A stretch of 64,000 nucleotides of DNA, from assembly GCA_051439505.1 (NCBI GenBank), contig JBFRWI010000132.1, positions 1 to 64,000 on the forward strand. Reading direction: 5' to 3'. This DNA comes from Hormoscilla sp. GTDB taxonomy: Bacteria > Cyanobacteriota > Cyanobacteriia > Cyanobacteriales > Desertifilaceae. The first letter of the stretch is position 1. Each line of letters opens with the position of its first letter. The translations under genes and the position numbers were made by a program. The notes below the pieces were generated by a model that did no database searches, was not told the DNA's origin, and saw only the letters and a program-made list of their open reading frames with translations. This document shows, one piece after another, positions 46,311-54,270 of the stretch.

Positions 46311-46772
46311 CTATTCATTGAGCAACGTTTCTTTCGCTATTGTTAATGACGGTTTGAGTAAGCCTAGCTGTTCTTTACTCATGACTTGACTTAATTGCTG
46401 CCAGAGCAATCTATACAGTTTTGTCTCTATCTGTGAACTATTGTAAGTCTCCACAATTACATCTAGCCAACCCAGGAATCTCTCCTTGACAAACGACTCG
46501 TCATTCAGCAGCATTGCCATTCCACAATAGCGCAGCATCAGCATAGCATTTTTTAAGCTCCGTTCTAAATCGCTTGTTTTTTCCTTGGGTAGTTGCGCTT
46601 CCAACTGGGAAGCTACTGCTTCCATAATCTCTAGTTCCTTGTCTCGCAGATGCTGATATGTTTCCACGCGAGATGGTAATGATTCTACATACTGGCCGAT
46701 GATTTTCAGTTCTTCGGGTTTGAGATAACGACTTTCTGCTTCGTTAAAAATTGCTTCAAGTTTTGGATGCAT
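46311..46772 (-). CDS. Phycobiliprotein-like (globin-fold) protein
   Basis: EAESRYL..EL and LRYCGMAMLLND resemble phycobiliprotein helices. Confidence 0.75.
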   Translation of the reverse strand: MHPKLEAIFNEAESRYLKPEELKIIGQYVESLPSRVETYQHLRDKELEIMEAVASQLEAQLPKEKTSDLERSLKNAMLMLRYCGMAMLLNDESFVKERFLGWLDVIVETYNSSQIETKLYRLLWQQLSQVMSKEQLGLLKPSLTIAKETLLNE

Positions 46773-46796
46773 AAATTTTTACGTGTGACATTCCTT

Positions 46797-47111
46797 TCAG
46801 AACAGACTGGAAAAATCATCCAGAGTAAATTCATTGGAGCCGGACTCTGCTGCTGGAGCGCTCGTGTCTGGCACTGGCGCTGCTACTTGCTTTCCTTCCC
46901 AAGCGAAGCAGCTAAAAAACTGACGCACGCTCAGCATCTGCGACAGCGGTTCGTTGCTTCCTTGCCAGGCCGCCTGCTTGATCTGCTGTACTAATATCGG
47001 CTGTAGATCCCAGTTGACCGCTGTAAAAAACTCTCCGACTGACCTTCGCAGCCATTCTTTTGAGATTCCTGCTACCTTACCATTTTGCTCCCCTATTGTC
47101 AACTGATTCAT
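46797..47111 (-). CDS. Small hypothetical protein of the V4R operon
   Basis: Internal repeat SVGEFFTAVNW / SVRQFFSCFAW; ATGA overlap with the upstream gene. Confidence 0.75.
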   Translation of the reverse strand: MNQLTIGEQNGKVAGISKEWLRRSVGEFFTAVNWDLQPILVQQIKQAAWQGSNEPLSQMLSVRQFFSCFAWEGKQVAAPVPDTSAPAAESGSNEFTLDDFSSLF

Positions 47112-47806
47112 AGCAGTCGTTCTCCTGAACGTAAGCGTTTTTCGATATCCCGAGCTGTGGCCCCCTCATTCAGCCAGAACCCAGCTGCATCAATCCGGTC
47201 TTTCCCGCCGATCAGGAATTTACAGTAAGTTTCGCCCATCGAGTAGCATTGGATTTCAATGCAGCTGAGTTGTTTGCGCACCAGTTCTGTAAAGAAGCCT
47301 GCGAATAGACCGGCGTATAGGTGGCAAACTGGCTTGCCCACATCTCCCAGGGTGCGGGCCACAGCCGAATCAAACAGGTTGATGAACATAAATCCCTGCT
47401 TGCGATCGCCCATATCCACTTCCCAACGACCCCAACCCTGAGAAGTAAACGGCCACCACCATGTTTCTAGTAAAAACATCAAGTTTGATTGCCGCATATT
47501 GCGTTCAAACTCTTTTTCAAACCACTTTTCAAAGAAGAAAGCATCTTTTTGGCCCCATTCGCAGCCGATCGTATACATAATAGCGGCTGAGGCATCTCCC
47601 ACTTCCTCCTCTAACCCTTCTACCAGACCGATAATGAAGTCTTCCGAAGTGAGGACGTTTTGAGCCCCATTCCAGTCTACGATGCTGCCCCGGTCCTGGT
47701 CGAACTGAAAAAAATCACCAAAGCCATAGTGATTGTGCTTCTTGGGGTACTTCTGCTTCAGTTTGTGCAGTAAGGGATTTGTATCTACCATAGTATGCCT
47801 AGCCAT
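47108..47806 (-). CDS. V4R domain protein
   Basis: QGWGRWEV, PVCHLYAGLFAGFF, CIEIQCYSMGETYCKF. Confidence 0.88.
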   Translation of the reverse strand: MARHTMVDTNPLLHKLKQKYPKKHNHYGFGDFFQFDQDRGSIVDWNGAQNVLTSEDFIIGLVEGLEEEVGDASAAIMYTIGCEWGQKDAFFFEKWFEKEFERNMRQSNLMFLLETWWWPFTSQGWGRWEVDMGDRKQGFMFINLFDSAVARTLGDVGKPVCHLYAGLFAGFFTELVRKQLSCIEIQCYSMGETYCKFLIGGKDRIDAAGFWLNEGATARDIEKRLRSGERLL

Positions 47807-47881
47807 GCGTGGTTAATTTGTCAAGGAGCGGAAATATCCAATCGTGCTCTACTATCGCCTAGTTCTCCTAGATGAGCGAAC

Positions 47882-48364
47882 TCAGGCATCCGTTGTCTTA
47901 GTCAAGTACGATCCGATCTGGAAGTCAGTATTTTCCAACTGCTTTAGGGTCGAGCGTGTGATCAGCTTGCCTGACTCTACCAGCACTTCGCCGGTGACTG
48001 GATGAAGCATATTCGTTTGGGCGCGACGACCAATAAGGGCCTCAATGTCCTGCAAGGATTTCACATACATCCCCGGAGGCAGTTCGACGACGACACCGTC
48101 TTGCAAAACTCTCGATTGGCAAGCTAGTCGGGAATTGGGCTTACAAGAGGTAATAATCTCTAGAGTACGTTGTTCGCGGCGAGACATGGCCGAAAGGAAA
48201 TCCATGCCCTGCTTGATATACACGTGGCAGGTAGCACACATACCCCGTCCGCCGCATTCCTTGAGCACATCTAATTCCGTATCAATCAGGATAGACAGGA
48301 GATTGCCATTGGTTTCCACCTCAGTGAAGGTGGAGATCGGTTCTAGCTTGACAATTTTGACCAT
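47882..48364 (-). CDS. 2Fe-2S ferredoxin with C-terminal extension
   Basis: CGGRGMCATC...RLACQ (Cx5Cx2C...C). Confidence 0.9.
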   Translation of the reverse strand: MVKIVKLEPISTFTEVETNGNLLSILIDTELDVLKECGGRGMCATCHVYIKQGMDFLSAMSRREQRTLEIITSCKPNSRLACQSRVLQDGVVVELPPGMYVKSLQDIEALIGRRAQTNMLHPVTGEVLVESGKLITRSTLKQLENTDFQIGSYLTKTTDA

Positions 48365-48398
48365 TTATACCTTCTCCGTTTGCGCGTTGGCCTATTGA

Positions 48399-49283
48399 CT
48401 AGGGTAACAACAGTTCTTTTTGTTGGGGGTTGAGGGCTTTTTGCTCAACTAGGGCGGGGAAGTCGCGGATCACCTTGGCACATCTGTTGATGAATGCTGC
48501 TACCCAGGACTGAATCGAGGAGATTTCCTGCTCTGTGACTTCCCCAGACTCTGACTGGGAGGACTCACCATTGAAGCTAATTTCCGCTTTGCGGTTGACT
48601 TGGAAGTGGTTGAGCCACTCAATATTCTGCGGGCGAGAAGTCTTCCAGTAATTGCTAATCACAGCTACTCCTAGGTATTGCGTGGTGAACTCAGACAGCT
48701 GATTGAGGGCTGCCAGAATTTCTTTGAGGGTAACTTGGTGCGTCCCATTCTTGGCGTCCGGTTGCGGCGAGGCGGCGTCATGGAAGCCATTGCGCGAACC
48801 GGTAGATGTGCCTGATGCTGTTTTTGCTACGGGAGCGGGGACAGCTGCGGTTTGCCCGGGCTTGGTCCCGTCGGAGGCAGCAGGCTTCCAGTACTCTTGA
48901 CCCGACAGGGTGATATTACCAGCTAGCAGGCGAAATGTGGCTACACCCGTGGAGAGGTCGGCGCTCAGTGCTGCTTTAAGTTTTTGCAGAGCCGGTAAAT
49001 AATCGGAGTAGACTAGACCGCTGCTAGTCAGCACCAGCAGGATCATGTCGGAAGCTAGTTTGTAAATATATACTTGGTGTGCTGCGAATTGAAATTCAAA
49101 AGACTCAAAGCTCTCAGGCGTCGTCTCCACTACCTGGCGGATGCCCTGAGCTAGGGCTTCTTTTTGCTGAAAGTTCAGGGCGCTATCCACGCCACAAAAG
49201 TAGGGGCGCGATCGCCTATCCATTAAGGCCACACCCGCAATTCCTGGTAAATTCAGAAAGTCCTTGACTACCTCCCGGTTCAT
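48399..49283 (-). CDS. Hypothetical protein, first gene of the V4R operon
   Basis: 294 aa; two domains joined by an Ala/Pro/Ser/Thr-rich linker. Confidence 0.75.
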   Translation of the reverse strand: MNREVVKDFLNLPGIAGVALMDRRSRPYFCGVDSALNFQQKEALAQGIRQVVETTPESFESFEFQFAAHQVYIYKLASDMILLVLTSSGLVYSDYLPALQKLKAALSADLSTGVATFRLLAGNITLSGQEYWKPAASDGTKPGQTAAVPAPVAKTASGTSTGSRNGFHDAASPQPDAKNGTHQVTLKEILAALNQLSEFTTQYLGVAVISNYWKTSRPQNIEWLNHFQVNRKAEISFNGESSQSESGEVTEQEISSIQSWVAAFINRCAKVIRDFPALVEQKALNPQQKELLLP

Positions 49284-49586
49284 ATATCTCAGAGTACGTC
49301 TATTTATTTTGTTGCCGTTTCATGCCACTTTCGTTATTGTGGGGAGGTTCTTAACCGTAACAATTGTGGTACATCTGTACAACAGCCAGCAACCGATTGA
49401 GAACCCTGCTGGATTTTGGGGGCCTGTGGTTTGAACGGTACTCTCCAAGAGCCGGCCCGATCATTATCTCCTGCATCTCACCCTCCATCGGGGTCGGTGA
49501 TGTCCCGTACAACAGGCCCCGACCTGCTGACTGCGTGTCTGTTGAGCCCTGTGCGGAGTAGGTGGTGCCGATTTTAGGTATAGCAA

Positions 49587-50642
49587 ATGTCTGATGACCT
49601 TCGTTTCACTTTAGAGCAATTACGGATTCTCAAAGCGATCGCCGCTGAGGGCAGCTTCAAGCGTGCTGCTGACAGTCTCTATGTCTCGCAACCGGCAGTT
49701 AGCCTGCAAGTGCAAAACTTGGAGCGGCAGTTAGAGGTGCCTTTGTTCGACCGGGGGGGCCGACGCGCTCAACTGACGGAAGCTGGCCATCTGCTGCTCA
49801 ACTACGGAGAAAAAATCCTGTCCCTGTGCCGGGAAACCTGTCGGGCGATCGAGGATCTCCAAAATCTCCAAGGTGGCACCTTGATAGTTGGCGCTTCCCA
49901 GACGACGGGGACTTATTTACTGCCCCGGATGATTGGTTTGTTCCGGTCTCGGTATCCGGATGTGGCCGTGCAATTACACGTTCATTCTACCCGCCGCACC
50001 TCTTGGAGCGTTGCCAATGGACAAGTTGACTTGGCTATAATTGGTGGTGAGGTTCCTGCTGAACTGCAAGAGTCTTTAGAAATTACTCCCTATGCTCAAG
50101 ATGAACTGGCTTTAATCTTACCTGTATTTCATCCTCTAGCAGCCTACCAGACCATTGAGCCTTCCGATCTCTACCAACTCCAGTTTATTGCCTTAGATTC
50201 CCAATCGACGATTAGAAAGGTGATTGACCAGGTTCTCACCCGTTGCGGCATCGATACTAGCAATCTCAAAATTGAGATGGAGTTGAATTCGATCGAAGCG
50301 ATTAAAAATGCGGTACAGGCGGGATTGGGCGCTGCCTTTGTCTCAGTTTCGGCAATTGAGAAGGAGTTGCAAATGAAACTCCTGCATCGAGCCAAAATTT
50401 CAGGGGTAGTGGTGCAGCGGATGCTGTCTGTGATTGTTAACCCGAATCGCTACCGCTCTAAGGCCGCAGAGGCTTTTAGCCGAGAGATCCTGCCCGGGTT
50501 TGCGATCGCAGGTTCCTTGGTGTTAACAGCAGAAACTACGGAACCCACACCGATCGCCACCGCTCCTGCGGCAGATGCCAAGCAGGAGCAAAGCTACCCA
50601 GCAGAAAGTATAGCAAAGGTTGTCAAAGATGCTCCGTCGTGA
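49587..50642 (+). CDS. LysR-family regulator (RbcR/Ycf30-like)
   Basis: [48 protein letters not shown]. Confidence 0.9.
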   Translation: MSDDLRFTLEQLRILKAIAAEGSFKRAADSLYVSQPAVSLQVQNLERQLEVPLFDRGGRRAQLTEAGHLLLNYGEKILSLCRETCRAIEDLQNLQGGTLIVGASQTTGTYLLPRMIGLFRSRYPDVAVQLHVHSTRRTSWSVANGQVDLAIIGGEVPAELQESLEITPYAQDELALILPVFHPLAAYQTIEPSDLYQLQFIALDSQSTIRKVIDQVLTRCGIDTSNLKIEMELNSIEAIKNAVQAGLGAAFVSVSAIEKELQMKLLHRAKISGVVVQRMLSVIVNPNRYRSKAAEAFSREILPGFAIAGSLVLTAETTEPTPIATAPAADAKQEQSYPAESIAKVVKDAPS

Positions 50643-51208
50643 GCGAGGAATAATTGACAACGAACAAATACAACTGACAATGGATGTTTACTGCTTTTGC
50701 AGAACCTGTAGGATGCCTCTCAAACTGCTGGGACTCGGTGGGTTGGGCACGGCTTTCCATGGGCCGTGGTGAAGCGCCAGGGATTAGCATGGGAATATGG
50801 GGCATGATGTTGGGCGGAGCGATCTCCAGTCCCGCCGGTGGATCTCAAGCACGGATTTGTTGATTGTTACTGGTGTCACTGGGAGCGATGGTTTGATTTT
50901 TCCCCTTTTTGCGCCGCTCACTTCCCATTGAGATTGTCCTGGTAGTGACAATCTTGCCAGGGGCATCTATGGTTGCTGTAACAGCTATATATATTCCTCC
51001 TGATTTACAGACCGTGACGCGCGAATTCTGTTGCACAACTACATTATGTCAATCGGGCGATCGCAATAGTTGATACTGACGATGAAAAATCCCAGTTGAA
51101 AACTAACAATTTACAACTATCAATTTACAACTATCATCTCCTCTTTGGTGCAACAATTTTGGAGGTAATTAACTCGATAATTGTTAATTATCAAGCTATA
51201 ACTGTATA

Positions 51209-52543
51209 ATGAGCAAATTGAATCAACTAACTCCCAATTCAACCTTGGGTGATTTACCACTGCATGATTTCCAGGTTTCTCCGAAAACTAGAGGCAAGGT
51301 TCTCGCTAATGTTTTTGCCTTTCGACCGGAACTGCCTGGGGCGATCGTGGCCGATCGCTCTGGCATGATTGGCATGATTTCTCGGCGTAGGTTTAACGAT
51401 TGGATGAGTTCTCCCTATGGCATAGATGTTTTTCTCGAAAGTCCGATAGAAATATTTTCTCAGATGATTACTCAGAAGGTAAAATTGTTGCAATTGCCCG
51501 ATACAGAAAAGGTAGAAATAGCTGTAAAACAGGCACTCAGTCGGGCCGCAGAGGACATGTATGAGCCGATCGTTATTGTGTATAAAGACTTAAGCTTGCC
51601 AGATTTTCAAGCCTACTTTTTACTTGATGTTGTCACCCTCATTCTCGCTCAGAACCAAATTTTTACTGTTTTCAAGAAACAAGTCGAACAAGATATTTTT
51701 CAATCAAGCTGTCAATTAAAATTAGTAAAAGAGCACCAAAAAGTAGAGGAATACGATCGAATATTAAAGGAGCAAAAGGCGGCGATTGAAGAACGCAACC
51801 AGCTCTTAGAAATCCAGCGGATTGAACTGGCAAAGAAATCCCAAGAGATTGCTCAACTCAATCAAGGATTTCAGCGAATTGGGCAATTGATGTCTCAAAA
51901 AGCGACAAAAGCGTTTCGAGCTACTTTTTCAGGAGTAAATGTGATTTGTCGCCAGACTAACCAGATTGTGGATATCGGTCGGTTATTAAGTGAAGAATTG
52001 GAGCGAATTCAGGACACTTCCCAACTGATTAAAAAAGTGTCTCAGCAAGTCCGTCATTTAGCAATGAAGGCGGCAATTGTAGCCAATAATGCTGGCACGG
52101 AATTAAATAGTTTTAGCCAGATAACTACTGAAATTGGGAAATTGGTTAGTCAGACTTTTGAAGCTGGGCGTCAGATGGATCGTTCTGCCGATCGCTTCAT
52201 GCAGAAAATCCAAGAATTTACGGAGTCTGCCCATCGGGGAATGAGGGTGACAAAGTCTCTGATCCAAGAGATCCAACAGGCGGAGATGGCATTAGCGGAG
52301 TTGGAGTCATTGGTGCAACAGCACGACAGTAATTTTAGTCCTGAAAAGGGATCGGAAACTATGACCGCTGCTAAGGACCAAGAGGATCTAGAAGAGATAG
52401 AAAAGGGATCGCTGGCCCTAGTGGAAAAGTTGGCATTAGCAGAGGCGACGCTGTCTGATTTGCAGGAAATGACGCGGTATAAAGATTCTGCCATGATCCT
52501 GCGCAAGATCAGGCGAGCTTTGCATAAATACAAAACTTATTGA
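51209..52543 (+). CDS. Soluble protein with CBS-like N-terminus, coiled coil and degenerate MCP-like signalling region
   Basis: PELPGAIV..GMISRRRF; VRHLAMKAAIVANNAG...FSQITTEIGKL resembles the MCP hairpin LALNAAIEAARAG...FAVVA.EV.KL. Confidence 0.7.
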   Translation: MSKLNQLTPNSTLGDLPLHDFQVSPKTRGKVLANVFAFRPELPGAIVADRSGMIGMISRRRFNDWMSSPYGIDVFLESPIEIFSQMITQKVKLLQLPDTEKVEIAVKQALSRAAEDMYEPIVIVYKDLSLPDFQAYFLLDVVTLILAQNQIFTVFKKQVEQDIFQSSCQLKLVKEHQKVEEYDRILKEQKAAIEERNQLLEIQRIELAKKSQEIAQLNQGFQRIGQLMSQKATKAFRATFSGVNVICRQTNQIVDIGRLLSEELERIQDTSQLIKKVSQQVRHLAMKAAIVANNAGTELNSFSQITTEIGKLVSQTFEAGRQMDRSADRFMQKIQEFTESAHRGMRVTKSLIQEIQQAEMALAELESLVQQHDSNFSPEKGSETMTAAKDQEDLEEIEKGSLALVEKLALAEATLSDLQEMTRYKDSAMILRKIRRALHKYKTY

Positions 52544-52741
52544 ATGTTGGCTAGGCAGAATTGTGCAACCCAAAAATAGAATTAGATTAGATTTCGGCGT
52601 TGCACAACGACACCGATGATGAGGGCTGCTAATTGCTTATACTTCGTCCTCTGCCAGAGCGCAAATTTTAACAATTGGCTGCTATCATCGGTAAAAATGT
52701 GCAACAATCGACTTTCACTATTGTTCAAGCAGAAATTAAGG

Positions 52742-54223
52742 ATGAAAGATAGAGGATATAATAATTTGTTAGGATGGGGCAAGTATCGTAAAATTCTGAT
52801 ATCTGTGGCTCTGTTTCTGACTTTTGACCTCGGGGTTTTGATCCCGAATTTGCTCGTCTCTTCCCAACTAAAACAAGATGCGATCGGCATCAACCTCTCA
52901 GGTCGTCAGCGCATGCTTTCCCAACGCACGGTCAAAGCATTGCTGCTACTGCAACTTGCCCATCAGGCTAATAAAGATATTACTGTGGCTCAACAAGAAC
53001 TGGCGATCGCCTACAAGTTGTTTGACCAAACTCTGACTGCTTTCAATTCCGGTGGCATGGTAACGGGCGGTGACGGACAAGCTGTTTTTCTCGCATCTGT
53101 GGAGAGTGACAAGGCCAAGAGTCTCGTCAAACAGGCCCTGGAGATTTGGCTCCCTTATCAGCAGAAATTAATCCCTATTTTAACTGCGGAAAATACTATT
53201 GACCCAGAAAAGCTGGCTATTGCGATCGCCTATGGCCAACAGCAGAACCGGCAACTATTGTCCTTAATGAATAGCTTGACATTTGAATTAGAACAGATTG
53301 CCAATCACAAAGCTACCAATTTGCAGCTATTTCAAACTATTGGGATACTTCTGGCATTGTTAAACTTTTTTATTCTCTTGTATCACACCTTAATAAAATT
53401 AAAAGCTAGCGATGCCGAAATCGCCCATGCCCATGAGAAAATATCGGCCCTGAACCAGCAATTAACAGCGGAAAATCTCCGCCTAAATGCGGAGATAGAC
53501 GTGACGCGGAAACTGCAACAGATGATCCTACCTAAAGATCGGGAACTGAGTAAAATTAGAGATTTAGATATTGCTGGCTTTATGGAACCAGCGGCGGAGG
53601 TAGGTGGAGACTACTACGACGTGCTTCACAGCAATGGTCGAGTAAAAATAGGCATCGGCGATGTTACAGGACATGGGTTAGAATCAGGAGTATTGATGAT
53701 TATGGTGCAGACGGCAGTGCGCACTCTTCTGGCCAATAATGAAACGGACCCGGTGAAGTTTTTGAATGCTCTCAACAGCACGATTTACAATAACGTGCAG
53801 CGGATGAATTCTGAGAAAAACCTCACCCTCTGCTTACTAGATTACTCTGGTGGAGTTATTAGTTTGAGCGGACAGCATGAGGAGATGATTGTGGTGCGCT
53901 ATAGCGGTGTGGTAGAATGTATTGATACGATCGACCTCGGTTTCCCGATCGGGCTGGAGTCCGACATTACCGATTTCGTCGCTTCCACGAGGGTAGAGTT
54001 GCAGCCAGGGGACGTGGTGGTGCTGTATACTGATGGGATTACCGAAGCGGAAAATCCGCAAGGAGAGTTCTACGGACTAGAGAGGCTGTGTGAAGTAGTC
54101 AAGCAAAACTGGCAAGGTGATGCTGCTGACATCAGGCAGGCGGCGATCGCGGACCTGCGGCAGCATATTGGGGAGCAAAAGCTGTATGATGACATTACTT
54201 TGCTAGTCATCAAGCAAAAATAG
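52742..54223 (+). CDS. Membrane sensor: NarX/PilJ-type periplasmic domain plus SpoIIE/PP2C phosphatase
   Basis: TM1, INLSGRQRMLSQR, TM2, coiled coil, VGGDYYD, GDVTGHG, YTDGITE, DDIT; start taken at the ATG at 52742. Confidence 0.88.
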   Translation: MKDRGYNNLLGWGKYRKILISVALFLTFDLGVLIPNLLVSSQLKQDAIGINLSGRQRMLSQRTVKALLLLQLAHQANKDITVAQQELAIAYKLFDQTLTAFNSGGMVTGGDGQAVFLASVESDKAKSLVKQALEIWLPYQQKLIPILTAENTIDPEKLAIAIAYGQQQNRQLLSLMNSLTFELEQIANHKATNLQLFQTIGILLALLNFFILLYHTLIKLKASDAEIAHAHEKISALNQQLTAENLRLNAEIDVTRKLQQMILPKDRELSKIRDLDIAGFMEPAAEVGGDYYDVLHSNGRVKIGIGDVTGHGLESGVLMIMVQTAVRTLLANNETDPVKFLNALNSTIYNNVQRMNSEKNLTLCLLDYSGGVISLSGQHEEMIVVRYSGVVECIDTIDLGFPIGLESDITDFVASTRVELQPGDVVVLYTDGITEAENPQGEFYGLERLCEVVKQNWQGDAADIRQAAIADLRQHIGEQKLYDDITLLVIKQK

Positions 54224-54270
54224 CAGGCTCTCAGTTTCAACTCGCTAATAGGTATGAACGCTCTTCTGAT

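Noticed and set aside
50650..52740. NtcA box upstream of the nitrogen-sensor genes
   Set aside because: I saw no exact GTA-N8-TAC in these intergenic stretches by eye; a motif scan is needed
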